Virus record (IMG/VR): IMGVR_UViG_3300042673_001922
Span: 62,001 to 126,000 of that record
Reading direction: 5' to 3' (one strand)
DNA length: 64,000 nt
Origin: an uncultured virus (IMG/VR IMGVR_UViG_3300042673_001922)
Taxonomy: Duplodnaviria > Heunggongvirae > Uroviricota > Caudoviricetes
This document shows positions 1-10,372 of this stretch, one piece after another. The notes under the pieces are model-generated. The model was not told where the DNA came from. It was given only the letters and a program-made list of their open reading frames with translations, and made no database searches. The position numbers and the translations under genes are program-made. Each line of letters begins with the position of its first letter. Positions within the stretch are counted from its first letter, which is position 1.

Positions 1-224
1 ATTCAGATATTCAAATTTTAGTTGGACAAGTTGACCCAGAGCAGGTTCAGATTCATGACGATTATGAGGATGGCAAGTACTATAGGTTTGACGATGTCAT
101 CTTTGAGTTTTTTGGCGATGGCGCCACCCCTGATTACCTAGAAATAGATACTACTTCTACCGTATCTTCAAAATTGTCTAGAATAGCAGAAAAAGTTAAA
201 GAACTAGAAAATAAAAAGGTTTAA
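1..224 (+). CDS. 3' part of hypothetical protein (partial, runs in from before the window)
   Basis: Open frame from base 3 (SDIQILVGQVDP...KELENKKV) to TAA 222-224, immediately before the ATG at 227. Confidence 0.7.
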   Translation, partial: SDIQILVGQVDPEQVQIHDDYEDGKYYRFDDVIFEFFGDGATPDYLEIDTTSTVSSKLSRIAEKVKELENKKV

Positions 225-226
225 AA

Positions 227-1480
227 ATGTCAGAATTTATATATACAAAAAGAAGAACAGCCAAATATAATGGTCCAGTTGATAGCTCTGATCACAACCT
301 TAGGGTAGAAGAAAACTATAAAGATCTAGTTTATCTATATAATAAATTTAATGTTATAGACCAAAAACTAGGAGAAGCATTTGAGAGAGTCTTGAAGGAT
401 CATGTTTTCATAACTAGATCAGTCAAAGACTTGGATGATAGAATCCAAGCTTTAGAGGCAGCAGAAAATATGGTTTCCATATACTCCTTTAAGCAAATAG
501 ATAATAATGCTATTCCAAATGGAGAAGTTTCTATACAATTAGATGAGATACTTTCCTTTGACCCTATATATAATATAGTAACTCTTCCAAAGATTGATGG
601 CTCATCGCATTCAAAATTAAAGTTTTTCACCTCAAATGAAGGTCAAATAATACCAGATTTCTTTGAAACAAGAATATCAAACAGCCTTTCAGGCGTAGAT
701 GTACCTGGTTCCATCATAGATGGAACAAATGTATACAATGCCATATTGGATAGATCTGATAAGTATTGGAAGAGAACAGTTATCTCAAACTCAACAGCTG
801 TAGCTGGAGCTCAAACATATTTATATGTTAAAATTCCTTCAGAGTATACCGGATCAAAAAAGAGTAATTTCATAAAGCTCAATCCATACCCAGTTTATGG
901 AGTTGACATTATGGCAATTGAATATACTACAACTCAAAATCCAACAATGACAGAGTCTGATGTTTGGCTACCTGTAAATAGAGATAGGCTATATGATGGA
1001 ACTACAAGTGCAATAGGAAAGGTTCCACCAGGTGGTTGGACCTCTATAGGCTCTGATTTCATTTTAAATTCTGGTCCAATTGGTTTTTACTTCCGTGAAC
1101 TTGACATAACCGCAATAAGAATTGCGATGAGACAAAGAAATTACTTTACAGAAAACGGAAAGTATATCTACACTTATGGACTTTCGGATTTAGATGTAAG
1201 ATATGACAAATTCCTGCCATCAGGTAAAATCATATTCAAATTTGAGCCAGCAAATGGCGACACAATATCCTCGATTACAAGCGTAACTCCAAAGATATAT
1301 AACGTTTCCCCAGCTCTTCTCTCTGAAGCCTTTAGCTATAGGGTTATATACAATGACGGATCAATCTATACAACCACAAATCCAGGGGCTTCAAATGCCG
1401 TATGGATAGAGATTACCCTTAATATCATGCCAGATGGAACTGCTCCAGTTTTATCAGATTTAATAATTAACTATAACTAA
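227..1480 (+). CDS. hypothetical protein, probably virion structural
   Basis: 417-aa ORF with N-terminal coiled coil and beta-rich body; no recognised motif. Confidence 0.6.
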   Translation: MSEFIYTKRRTAKYNGPVDSSDHNLRVEENYKDLVYLYNKFNVIDQKLGEAFERVLKDHVFITRSVKDLDDRIQALEAAENMVSIYSFKQIDNNAIPNGEVSIQLDEILSFDPIYNIVTLPKIDGSSHSKLKFFTSNEGQIIPDFFETRISNSLSGVDVPGSIIDGTNVYNAILDRSDKYWKRTVISNSTAVAGAQTYLYVKIPSEYTGSKKSNFIKLNPYPVYGVDIMAIEYTTTQNPTMTESDVWLPVNRDRLYDGTTSAIGKVPPGGWTSIGSDFILNSGPIGFYFRELDITAIRIAMRQRNYFTENGKYIYTYGLSDLDVRYDKFLPSGKIIFKFEPANGDTISSITSVTPKIYNVSPALLSEAFSYRVIYNDGSIYTTTNPGASNAVWIEITLNIMPDGTAPVLSDLIINYN

Positions 1481-1498
1481 AAAGTTGCCATTTGGCAA

Positions 1499-1506
1499 TT
1501 ACTATA
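1499..1506 (+). promoter_or_regulatory. putative phage late-promoter motif TTACTATA (one of about 8 intergenic copies)
   Basis: Same 8-mer is intergenic at 30657, 37813, 38720, 42526, 46234, 55381 (+) and 50654-50661 (-); variant TTACTATT at 29905 and 50641. Confidence 0.6.
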
Positions 1507-1538
1507 AACAATAAGAATTTATCCTAAGGAGAATATAA

Positions 1539-2165
1539 ATGGCTACTTTTTATGTTGGCCCCAGACCAGTTTTGAAGGGCCAAAACACCAATCAGATGGT
1601 GAACCCTTATACTAGCATGTCCGGGAAAGCTAAGGGCACTGGAACTTATTCCTACTACCCACTGTATAGCACAAGCCATGTATTGGACGGTGCTCCTGAT
1701 AATCATTTTGCCCCTGGAACTGGGCAATTTCCTGGCAATAGATTTCTATCCCAGGTATTTAACGGGACAACCCTCTACGTACATCCGCTTTCTGGAACAT
1801 TCCCAGATGGAACTGCAACATACGATGGTGCTAGATTCCGTCCAATGGAGTACAAGGGTCTAGCTGGAGCTGCAGCTTTTCCATCAGGTTTTGGTCATGC
1901 TGATAGAGTAAGTGATTACAGCTACAACAACAATATTTTCGACGGAGTGCCGTCTGCTGATATATTTGCTAATACAGGCCATGCTGCAAGAACAGAAGCA
2001 CAAGGTGCGCCATCTTCTTTTGGAGTTTTCAAACCAGAAGAATTCCAAGGTGTGACAAGTTCTAAGATATTTACAGTTGGATATGGTCAGGCTAATACGA
2101 CGGGTGATTATGGAAGAGAAAAAGTTCAAGAGTATTTCGGCGTACCATCTGCAAAAGCTCTCTAA
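1539..2165 (+). CDS. Gly-rich hypothetical protein, probably virion-associated
   Basis: 208-aa ORF, AAGGAG RBS, preceded by TTACTATA. Confidence 0.65.
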   Translation: MATFYVGPRPVLKGQNTNQMVNPYTSMSGKAKGTGTYSYYPLYSTSHVLDGAPDNHFAPGTGQFPGNRFLSQVFNGTTLYVHPLSGTFPDGTATYDGARFRPMEYKGLAGAAAFPSGFGHADRVSDYSYNNNIFDGVPSADIFANTGHAARTEAQGAPSSFGVFKPEEFQGVTSSKIFTVGYGQANTTGDYGREKVQEYFGVPSAKAL

Positions 2166-2418
2166 TTATTATTCTTCCCCAATACATTTAGAAAAAGATA
2201 GTAAAGTATCTGGTTTATTTGGTTGGGCAGTTTTGGTAAGCTATATTTTAGCCTATGATATATTCGCAATTAAAACAAAAAAAACAGAAACACTGACAAG
2301 ATCTTTTTGGAGATTGTCAGAAGGTAAAATATCTAAAGCTCCAGTAATGGGTCTTTGGCTAGCAGTAACTTTTCACCTTATGCTTGAGAAAGATGTAAGA
2401 AGAAAAATAAATAAATGA
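2077..2418 (+). CDS. small membrane protein (two hydrophobic segments; true start probably ATG 2110)
   Basis: GLFGWAVLVSYILAYD and PVMGLWLAVTFHLML segments. Confidence 0.55.
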   Translation: MDMVRLIRRVIMEEKKFKSISAYHLQKLSNYYSSPIHLEKDSKVSGLFGWAVLVSYILAYDIFAIKTKKTETLTRSFWRLSEGKISKAPVMGLWLAVTFHLMLEKDVRRKINK

Positions 2419-2482
2419 GTTCTAGCCTCATCAAAGTAGCATACTAAATGCTATAATGATAGAGGCGTTAAGACAAAGAAGT

Positions 2483-2512
2483 CCCGCTCTTATGAGCGGG
2501 GTTTTCTTTTTT
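2483..2512 (+). terminator. Rho-independent terminator
   Basis: CCCGCTC-TTAT-GAGCGGG hairpin followed by GTTTTCTTTTTT. Confidence 0.75.
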
Positions 2513-2564
2513 AGAAGTGGTTTTATAGGTTTGGTCATCTTTAGATGGAGATAGTTAGGATTAT

Positions 2565-3278
2565 ATGGTAATCGATGATCTCGAGAGGGTTGTCAAAGAA
2601 GATATAATATCAGTAGACGTTGCCGATATGTACTTAAGAATCTATGTTGCGGACATTGACTGGAAGCCACACATTTCTCAGCTTTGGGTAAATACTAAGA
2701 ATAAAATAGCTGACGAAGCAGAAGCCAAGAACCACATTAAAAAGGCTATTGCATGTGCAACCCTAATGCCATTTTATGATAAGTCAATCATAACAGACCC
2801 TCCTCAAAACATGTTGTTTTGGTTGCCAACTTGGGTTCAGTTTAATCAAAAAGACTGGATTGATATATATAAAAAAATGGTAAATGAAGACATTCAAATA
2901 AGAAAAAATAGAAAAAAAATGCTATCATATGGTGTGATTGAATCTATAGATTATGTCCCAATGACTAGGCAGGCTTTCAATTGGTTGTACTCAAAGTCTG
3001 AGGATTCACACTGTGTAACGCCAGATAATAAAGCAGACATAGTTAAGAAGTTTCAAAACTTAATTAAAATTTATGGCGGTGCTGTTATATGTAACACATT
3101 CACAAAGCACGAAAAGAATATTAACAAAGTCTTGAACTGGAGAAGTGGATATTTTATAGAAAGAGAAATATATAAAGTTTATACCATGGATCAAATATGT
3201 AAAATAAAAGAACTAGAAATATCTAAGATAGATAAAAAGTATGTCAAAATTTTAATAAAAAATAAGGAGAAATTTTAA
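2565..3278 (+). CDS. hypothetical protein
   Basis: 237-aa ORF with AGGA RBS, directly upstream of nrdJ. Confidence 0.7.
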   Translation: MVIDDLERVVKEDIISVDVADMYLRIYVADIDWKPHISQLWVNTKNKIADEAEAKNHIKKAIACATLMPFYDKSIITDPPQNMLFWLPTWVQFNQKDWIDIYKKMVNEDIQIRKNRKKMLSYGVIESIDYVPMTRQAFNWLYSKSEDSHCVTPDNKADIVKKFQNLIKIYGGAVICNTFTKHEKNINKVLNWRSGYFIEREIYKVYTMDQICKIKELEISKIDKKYVKILIKNKEKF

Positions 3279-5381
3279 ATGTCTGACACAAGTATATTAC
3301 ACGAAATAGCTAACCAATCAATAAACACTTCAATAAAAAGCTCTTTATTTTCTTTTCACTTAAGTGATGACTTTATTTCTTCCTTTAAAGGTAAAGCTTC
3401 TCCATTCGGATATAAAGATGCCGGTGGAAACTCTCTTGGTGAAATTACATTTCTTCGTACATACTCAAGAATAAAAGAAGATGGCACCAAGGAAACTTGG
3501 GTTGACGTGTGTGAAAGAGTTATCAATGGAATGTACTCTCTTCAGAAAGATCATTGTAAAAAAAATAGACTTCCATGGAACGACGCAAAAGCGCAAGCTT
3601 CTGCTAAAGAAGCTTTTGATAGACTCTTTAATCTAAAGTGGACTCCACCAGGAAGAGGTCTCTGGGTGATGGGGACACCTATTGTTAATGATCAAAAAAA
3701 CTCAGCTGCATTACAGAACTGTGCATTTGTTTCAACTTCGGAAATGAACAAGCATAATCCGGCTAAACCATTTGGTTTTCTTATGGAAGCATCCATGCTG
3801 GGTGTTGGCGTAGGCTTTGATGACAAGGGTGCTGATAAGGACTTCGTGATCTATGAACCCACAAAGTCTACTGTTATAGAATTGATTGAAGACAGCAGAG
3901 AAGGTTGGAGAGACTCCACTATTGCTTTAATAAATTCATATCTTAAATCAGATCAAGCTGTCATTGAATTTGACTACTCTTCAATTAGACCTTTGGGTAC
4001 TCCGATCAAAACTTTTGGTGGAACAGCATCTGGTCCAGCGCCATTAATTAAATTACATACAGCAATTAGGAATATCTTTAATGCTAGAAATGGTGAAAAG
4101 TTAACAAGAAAAGATATTGCAGATATTGGAAACCTTATTGGTGTTTGTGTTGTTTCTGGAAACGTTCGTCGTTCTGCAGAACTTTTAATTGGTAGAATTG
4201 ACGATGAAAGTTTCTTGAATTTAAAGAATCCTGCTGTTTTTCCAGAGAGAAACTCTTATGATCCACAAAACCCAGGGTGGGGATGGATGTCTAATAACTC
4301 TGTAGAAACACATGTGGGTCAAGATTTGTCTCCTATAGTTGAAGGAATTGCCCTCAATGGTGAGCCAGGTGTTATATGGCTTGATGTGTCACGCAAGTAT
4401 GGTCGCCTAGCTGATCCGCCAAATAATAAAGACTGGAGAGTAGCGGGCTACAACCCTTGCGCAGAGCAATCACTTGAGTCATATGAATGCTGCACTCTTG
4501 TAGAGACCTATTTAAATCGACACGATAACATTGAAGATTATAAGAGAACACTAAAGTTTGCCTACTTATATGCTAAGACAGTAACCCTTCTTCCAACCCA
4601 TTGGGAAGAGACTAATGCTATCATGCAAAGAAACCGCAGAATAGGAACATCAATGTCAGGTGTTGCTAACTTTGCAGACAAACTTGGAATGCCAGTATTA
4701 AGAGAGTGGATGAACTCAGGCTATGCTACAATTAAAAATTACGATACAGTTTACTCTGAATGGCTTGGCATTCGTGAATCAATTAAAATGACAACAGTAA
4801 AGCCATCCGGCACTGTGTCTATTCTTGCTGGTGAATCTCCAGGTGTACATTGGACTCCAGGTGGAGAATACTTTTTGCGAGCTGTTAGATTTTCTAATGA
4901 AGACCCGATGCTTCCGTTATTCAAAATGGCCAACTACAACGTAGAGCCGGCAGCAGAGTCTCCAGATACAACTTCAGTTGTTTTCTTTCCAATTAAATCT
5001 GAAGCAAGAAGATCAGAGAAAGATGTAACAATCTTTGAAAAAATGGCATTAGCTGCAGCTGCTCAAAGATACTGGTCAGACAATTCAGTTTCTGTAACTA
5101 TATCTTTTGATGCAGAACAAGAAAAAAAGCATGTAGGGACAGTTTTACATATGTATGATGGCCAGTTAAAAACTGTTTCATTCTTACCTCAAGGTAATCA
5201 TACGTACTTGCAAATGCCGTATAGCCAAATCTCAGAAGAAGAATACAATGAGATGTCAATGAAACTATTCCCAATAGACTTCTCTGGAGTTTACGCAGGT
5301 ATGGCAGCAGATGCTATTGGCGAAGCTTACTGTACTACAGATTCATGTGAGATAAAGTTTATACAAGATAATTCTAAGTAA
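3279..5381 (+). CDS. nrdJ: class II (adenosylcobalamin-dependent) ribonucleotide reductase, monomeric RTPR type
   Basis: TFLRTYSR, PPGRGLW, LQNCAF, VVSGNVRRSAE, GYNPCAEQ (thiyl Cys), TTVKPSGTVS, C-terminal CTTDSC. Confidence 0.95.
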   Translation: MSDTSILHEIANQSINTSIKSSLFSFHLSDDFISSFKGKASPFGYKDAGGNSLGEITFLRTYSRIKEDGTKETWVDVCERVINGMYSLQKDHCKKNRLPWNDAKAQASAKEAFDRLFNLKWTPPGRGLWVMGTPIVNDQKNSAALQNCAFVSTSEMNKHNPAKPFGFLMEASMLGVGVGFDDKGADKDFVIYEPTKSTVIELIEDSREGWRDSTIALINSYLKSDQAVIEFDYSSIRPLGTPIKTFGGTASGPAPLIKLHTAIRNIFNARNGEKLTRKDIADIGNLIGVCVVSGNVRRSAELLIGRIDDESFLNLKNPAVFPERNSYDPQNPGWGWMSNNSVETHVGQDLSPIVEGIALNGEPGVIWLDVSRKYGRLADPPNNKDWRVAGYNPCAEQSLESYECCTLVETYLNRHDNIEDYKRTLKFAYLYAKTVTLLPTHWEETNAIMQRNRRIGTSMSGVANFADKLGMPVLREWMNSGYATIKNYDTVYSEWLGIRESIKMTTVKPSGTVSILAGESPGVHWTPGGEYFLRAVRFSNEDPMLPLFKMANYNVEPAAESPDTTSVVFFPIKSEARRSEKDVTIFEKMALAAAAQRYWSDNSVSVTISFDAEQEKKHVGTVLHMYDGQLKTVSFLPQGNHTYLQMPYSQISEEEYNEMSMKLFPIDFSGVYAGMAADAIGEAYCTTDSCEIKFIQDNSK

Positions 5382-5390
5382 GAGGTTTTA

Positions 5391-5756
5391 GTGTCTGAAT
5401 TTGAAAATGAAGATATAGATAAAATGTTTGAAGCAATAATTTCTTCTGATGATTTAGATGGAATTAAATCTTCTTCAATAGAAGGAATAATAAATGTAGA
5501 AAATGTATCTATAGAATCTCTTCTTAAGGAATTTACTTTAATTTTTCAATCTATTTCTAGAGCTGCAGTTCATGTAGGAGACTTAATGTTTAATTATCTT
5601 TCTGTAGAAGATTATTCTACAGATCAAGAGTTAAAAGAAATTCTTGGAAATATATACAAGCTAACAGAAGACTTAGATGAATACATGGTAGAATTAATGT
5701 TTGAAGATACTTTTGATGATCTTGAATTAGACGAAGGTGAAGAAGATGATGAGTGA
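5391..5756 (+). CDS. acidic hypothetical protein
   Basis: 121-aa D/E-rich ORF, GTG start with GAGG RBS. Confidence 0.65.
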   Translation: MSEFENEDIDKMFEAIISSDDLDGIKSSSIEGIINVENVSIESLLKEFTLIFQSISRAAVHVGDLMFNYLSVEDYSTDQELKEILGNIYKLTEDLDEYMVELMFEDTFDDLELDEGEEDDE

Positions 5757-6456
5757 TAAAAATATAATTAAAGTATTAGACAATGGCTACGTAAGACTAG
5801 TCGATCATATGGGTTCAGATTTATCTGTAGTCAATGCTGCCAGAGCTTCCTTTGCTAAAGAAAGCGAAGCTTTTACGACACAAGATGCTAGACTAATTGA
5901 TTTTCTTGCTAGAGAGAATCACATGTCTCCTTTCCGTCACGCATTCATGACTTTTGAATTTAAAGCCCCGTTAATGGTTGCAAGACAGCATTGGAAATAT
6001 GTAGTTGGCTCAGATCATACTATGGATTCATGGAACGAATCCTCAAGAAGATATGTGACGATGGAACCTGACTTCTATGTTCCAAAGGCTGATGGATGGA
6101 GACTTGCTCCAGAAGATAAAAAACAAGGATCTGCTGGAATATGTGATCCATTTACTGGGGCAACACTAACCGAGCAACTAGTAAGATACATAGAGCAGGG
6201 TGAAGCATTTTATAATCTAGCCATGCAGTCTGGCATTGCTCCAGAGCAGGCGAGATTATTCCTACCGGCTTACTCAATGAATGTAGTCTACAGATGGTCA
6301 TGCAGTCTTCAGTCAGCATGTCTGTTCCTAGTCCAAAGATTAGAAGAAGCAGCACAAGAAGAAATTAGAGTATATGCAGAAGCTACTCTGAAACTAATTA
6401 AAGACTTATACCCCGTCTCCATTGAGGCCTTAATAGGGAAGTACTCTTATGTTTAG
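5737..6456 (+). CDS. thyX: flavin-dependent thymidylate synthase
   Basis: VNAARASF, HMSPFRH, ARQHWKY...WNESSRRY, APEQARLFLP motifs. Confidence 0.92.
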   Translation: MKKMMSDKNIIKVLDNGYVRLVDHMGSDLSVVNAARASFAKESEAFTTQDARLIDFLARENHMSPFRHAFMTFEFKAPLMVARQHWKYVVGSDHTMDSWNESSRRYVTMEPDFYVPKADGWRLAPEDKKQGSAGICDPFTGATLTEQLVRYIEQGEAFYNLAMQSGIAPEQARLFLPAYSMNVVYRWSCSLQSACLFLVQRLEEAAQEEIRVYAEATLKLIKDLYPVSIEALIGKYSYV

Positions 6457-6616
6457 TAGCCTTTTACTAATTATTCTTTTTTCCATTATGATTAATTGGA
6501 TAATTAGCCTATCTATAATGGCGCAAATATCTTCAAATAAAAAAACAAGATATAGATTTATAGCACTTTCAGCGTTGTCCTCTCTGCTAACTGGTTATAT
6601 AATATACCTATTATGA
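6449..6616 (+). CDS. small membrane protein (55 aa, not in ORF track)
   Basis: MFSSLLLIILFSIMINWIISLSIMAQ...; fills the gap and ends in an ATGA overlap with the next gene. Confidence 0.6.
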   Translation: MFSSLLLIILFSIMINWIISLSIMAQISSNKKTRYRFIALSALSSLLTGYIIYLL

Positions 6617-7071
6617 GTTACGGTGAGTTAACAAGAAAAGATCTGCAATATATGCAGATGTGCTATAGCTCTTCTACCATATTTTCAACATGTGGTAAGA
6701 AAAAGTATGCTGCTTTATTAGTGGACGATTTTGGTCACATAGTCGGGTTTGGTTATAATGGTGGGCCAAGAAATTCAGTACACTGTGAGGACGGAGGCTG
6801 TCCACGATTTACTGACATGTCACCAAGTGGAAGCAACTATGATAACTGTATAGCTGTTCACGCAGAAGCCAATGCTTTTTTACATTCAGACTATAGCGCT
6901 AGACCAATCAAGCTTTACGTAAACGGTCCTCCATGTTTAACTTGCGCAAAGTTAATAGTGAACAGTACAGTTAGAGACGTCTATTATGTTGCTGATGAAG
7001 AATATTCAAATTGGGATGAAGTAGAAAAATTCATGAATACTTCTGGCATTAAAACATATAAGGTAAAATAA
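6613..7071 (+). CDS. dCMP deaminase
   Basis: GFGYNG, HAEANA and PCLTC zinc-deaminase motifs. Confidence 0.9.
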   Translation: MSYGELTRKDLQYMQMCYSSSTIFSTCGKKKYAALLVDDFGHIVGFGYNGGPRNSVHCEDGGCPRFTDMSPSGSNYDNCIAVHAEANAFLHSDYSARPIKLYVNGPPCLTCAKLIVNSTVRDVYYVADEEYSNWDEVEKFMNTSGIKTYKVK

Positions 7072-7072
7072 A

Positions 7073-7318
7073 TTGGCAGCTTCAAAGGTAAATTACATTG
7101 TTATCTACGATGGACACAGTCAGGTCTACGGTTGCTCTTCAAAGAAGATTGCCCTAGAATCAGCACCGCCTGAAGGTTGTAGTATAAAAGATAAAAAAGT
7201 TTTATTCGTAACATTTGAACCGGATAATTCCAATCTATCTGCCTATAAAGTCTCAGATGAAGAAGTTTTCTCTGCAGATATAAAAGAAAGAAAAGAAAAG
7301 AAAACGGATAATGAGTAA
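7073..7318 (+). CDS. hypothetical protein
   Basis: Tightly packed ORF in operon. Confidence 0.6.
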   Translation: MAASKVNYIVIYDGHSQVYGCSSKKIALESAPPEGCSIKDKKVLFVTFEPDNSNLSAYKVSDEEVFSADIKERKEKKTDNE

Positions 7319-7538
7319 GGGACAAAAGAAAAAACTAATATTAAAAATCCTCCCGGGGGAAGCAGCAATTGTTGCATCGGTGGATGTCTTGGAACACATA
7401 TATGAAACATATTTGTATATGGCATCTTCTACAGACAGCGTTGAATCGGAATCGTGGCAAAGCGTTGCTGAACTAATCAGGGAATGGATTGACAAGACAC
7501 AATACTCAGATGAAGGTGATTATGAAGAAGAATGGTGA
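7311..7538 (+). CDS. hypothetical protein
   Basis: Tightly packed ORF, acidic C-terminus. Confidence 0.6.
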   Translation: MSKGQKKKLILKILPGEAAIVASVDVLEHIYETYLYMASSTDSVESESWQSVAELIREWIDKTQYSDEGDYEEEW

Positions 7539-7797
7539 TTCGGTTATTATAATAGCCTTAAGTATTAGTGCATTTGTTGGTTATGTTTTATATCAGAAAA
7601 GTAAACATAAGAAGTTTGTTTCTTCAAACACTTTAACTATTGAAAACTTTGTCAATAGACTAAGTGAATATGATATGTCGCCTCAAAAAGAAGCTTCAAA
7701 TTTCTTTTACGATTTATTAGAATGTGGCTTTAGTCCTCAGAATGCATTTGCAACAGTGCAAAAAGAAATAGATGATGCAGGAAGTTTTTTTAAATGA
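7489..7797 (+). CDS. hypothetical membrane-anchored protein
   Basis: Hydrophobic VIIIALSISAFVGYVLY near N-terminus. Confidence 0.55.
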   Translation: MTRHNTQMKVIMKKNGDSVIIIALSISAFVGYVLYQKSKHKKFVSSNTLTIENFVNRLSEYDMSPQKEASNFFYDLLECGFSPQNAFATVQKEIDDAGSFFK

Positions 7798-8609
7798 TAG
7801 ACCTATGTATAGTTAATTACAATTCTAGAAAGCAAATAGAAAGACTTTTGGACGTCTTGCATTCTAGCTTAGATAGTCCAAATGGCGCGCTTGAAAAAAA
7901 TTGGAATTTGTATATTACAGATAATGATTCCCAAGATGACTTCATACAGTGGATACGAGAAAATGAAGAGAGATATTTAATAGATAGAGTTTACCTGCGT
8001 CGCAATATAGGTTACTCAGCAGCTTGTAATATGATGGCTCGTGAATCTAATTCAGATATTATTGCACTCTTAAATGCTGATGTTTGGTTTTCAAATGAAG
8101 ATCTTATAAAAATCCAAAGCATCTTTGATGAGAATAAAGATATTCATATACTCGGCCCAAAACAAAGAGACGAGAATGGTTTAATAACACACGCTGGTAT
8201 TGTCGGCACCAACTTAAAACCAGGGCATAGAGGCTGGAGAGCTGAAGATAAAGCAGACTCTTTATTCAGAGATAGAGTAAACTGCGTGACAGTGTCAGGA
8301 TCTGCTTACTTCATAAGACGAGAAGTGTGGAATGCATTGACTAACAATCCTAAGTATAGAGAATTATATCCAAATGCAATTGGCGCATTCTTACCTACAC
8401 CTCATTACTACGAAGAGACATGGTGTTCATACTTTGCTAGACACTTAGGATACAATGTAGTGTATGATGGATCTGTATCAATAGGGCATAGCTGGCATGC
8501 ATCTTCTCCAAAACCAGGTGAAGGCTATAGTCATGCTGATGCACAGTTTCCAATAAGTAGAGAAATATTTAGAAAAGCTTGTGATTCTATAGGTATAGAA
8601 AGAGACTAA
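7794..8609 (+). CDS. glycosyltransferase family 2
   Basis: CIVNYN, TDNDSQD, NIGYSAACN, LLNADV (DxD-like), VSGSAYFIRR, YYEET. Confidence 0.88.
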   Translation: MIDLCIVNYNSRKQIERLLDVLHSSLDSPNGALEKNWNLYITDNDSQDDFIQWIRENEERYLIDRVYLRRNIGYSAACNMMARESNSDIIALLNADVWFSNEDLIKIQSIFDENKDIHILGPKQRDENGLITHAGIVGTNLKPGHRGWRAEDKADSLFRDRVNCVTVSGSAYFIRREVWNALTNNPKYRELYPNAIGAFLPTPHYYEETWCSYFARHLGYNVVYDGSVSIGHSWHASSPKPGEGYSHADAQFPISREIFRKACDSIGIERD

Positions 8610-8610
8610 A

Positions 8611-9540
8611 GTGTGGAGAAATAAAAAAATATTCGTAGCTGTTCCAGCTTTCAATGAACACTTTACTCATGTTACAGTAGAAGACGCTTTTGAAAAAGCT
8701 GACAAACCTGAAAATATTTATTTTGGTATTTTTAATCAAAAAACAAATTCAAATAATTTTGAAGATTTTACGTCTTACAAAAATGTAAGGTGTATTCATG
8801 CAAATTATAAAAAGCCACTTGGCGCAGGATTAGCCAGATTAATTGCCTCTACTCTTCATGATGATGAGAGATACTTTTTACAAATTGACGCCCATACAAT
8901 CTTTGCAAAAGGATGGGATTCAGTACTTATTAATGATCTAGACTTGCTATTGAGGCATGTTGAAAAACCTGCAATATCTCAAAGTTGTGCTTGGCATCAA
9001 GTTTCAGTTTATTTTGATCCGGATAAAGTGTATATAAAAAATTTTAATGGCGTTCAAGCATATCCATTTTTTCCAGAAAAAGGAAAACCTATAACTCACG
9101 AAGATAGAACAAGAATAAATGAAGAAAAGTTTCTTGGAAAATTTTTAGAAAATCATTTGTCCCTGGGATGTAGTGGGCTTTTTTGTTTATCTGATTTTAT
9201 ATATGAAATATCTTACAATCCTTTTATAAAATTTACTCCAGAACAAGAATTTACAGCACTCAGAGCATGTACAAGAAATTATAGATTCTTTAGTTCAGAG
9301 AAGAGTATGGTATCTACCTTGGGTAAAAATAAAACTGATGGATTTATTGATTTAGACTATCCAGATGATAGAAAATTTTTATTTGAAAATGAAGATATAG
9401 ATAAAATAGGCATGCATGAATACATATATGGAAAAAAATTTGGTTTTTATGGAGCCCCTGACTATAATTCATACCAAGATTACTTATTAAGATCAAAAAT
9501 AGATTTTAATACATCTAATGTTTATGGAATTGACTATTAA
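8611..9540 (+). CDS. GT60-like (Skp1 hydroxyproline GlcNAc-transferase-like) glycosyltransferase
   Basis: IFVAVPA, GIFNQ, GAGLAR, YFLQIDAHTIF...WD motifs; paralog of 12059..13018. Confidence 0.75.
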   Translation: MWRNKKIFVAVPAFNEHFTHVTVEDAFEKADKPENIYFGIFNQKTNSNNFEDFTSYKNVRCIHANYKKPLGAGLARLIASTLHDDERYFLQIDAHTIFAKGWDSVLINDLDLLLRHVEKPAISQSCAWHQVSVYFDPDKVYIKNFNGVQAYPFFPEKGKPITHEDRTRINEEKFLGKFLENHLSLGCSGLFCLSDFIYEISYNPFIKFTPEQEFTALRACTRNYRFFSSEKSMVSTLGKNKTDGFIDLDYPDDRKFLFENEDIDKIGMHEYIYGKKFGFYGAPDYNSYQDYLLRSKIDFNTSNVYGIDY

Positions 9541-10355
9541 TATATTTTAAAAATAGGTGGTTTGTAAATTTCTATAGATTTATTTGAATAATTATAATTA
9601 ATTTTTTCCATATTATTGTGCTGATACAATAAATCAGTACAAGATTTAAACTTTTTAGTGGAAAAACTTCCATTAATAATTTCTTTACATCTTGCCATAA
9701 ATCTACTTACATCTTCTTCATTTGCATGCCCTATTCTAAAATGATGATAACAGTAATCTTCATATGTAGTACCTATTCCAAAAAAACCATAATTACCCAA
9801 TTTCCACTTTGGCCCATTCGTACCATGGGGCAAGTGTTCGTAATACGTTGGATATATGCAGCGATACCATTTACTATTTTGCTCAGCTACATAGCTTATT
9901 TCTTCTGCAACATCTGATCTTGAAGTTTCTTTAAAGGATGTATTTAAATCTAATAAACATTTTTTTGAAATAATAAAAAAAGCAGGTCCGGCATAGACGT
10001 GTGAAGCTGGAAATTTATGATTTGAAGTTTGAGCTATTCCTAAAAAAGTTTCATGTTTTTTGACATATTCGTAACACTCTTTTATTTTATCTACATTTAT
10101 TGGAACGCAGTCTATGTCAAAGAATCCTATTATGTCATCGTCTGAATCTTCACATATTATGTTCATCCAGTCTGAATGATTTATCCAATTTGATTTAACA
10201 TAGTCACTTGGTCTGCAATAGTTAATATTTAAATTTAAAAAATTACATACTTCTTTATGAGACTTAACTACATCATCAGATATATTATCCCAGTATAAAG
10301 TGTTAAACTTAAAAGTTTCCCAACTTGTTTCTTTTAATATTTTTTTTGTAAACAA
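9537..10355 (-). CDS. putative glycosyltransferase (GT-A fold)
   Basis: FFDIDCVP DxD motif; glycosylation context. Confidence 0.6.
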   Translation of the reverse strand: MFTKKILKETSWETFKFNTLYWDNISDDVVKSHKEVCNFLNLNINYCRPSDYVKSNWINHSDWMNIICEDSDDDIIGFFDIDCVPINVDKIKECYEYVKKHETFLGIAQTSNHKFPASHVYAGPAFFIISKKCLLDLNTSFKETSRSDVAEEISYVAEQNSKWYRCIYPTYYEHLPHGTNGPKWKLGNYGFFGIGTTYEDYCYHHFRIGHANEEDVSRFMARCKEIINGSFSTKKFKSCTDLLYQHNNMEKINYNYSNKSIEIYKPPIFKIY

Positions 10356-10372
10356 CTATCAATCCTTTTATT

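Noticed and set aside
2101..2104. CGG in the frame of ORF 2077..2418 as another shift site
   Set aside because: It lies upstream of the likely start (ATG 2110) and inside the intact gene 1539..2165 in another frame.
2460..2565. Cobalamin riboswitch upstream of the B12-dependent nrdJ operon
   Set aside because: The region is too short and I could not see the conserved B12-box elements.
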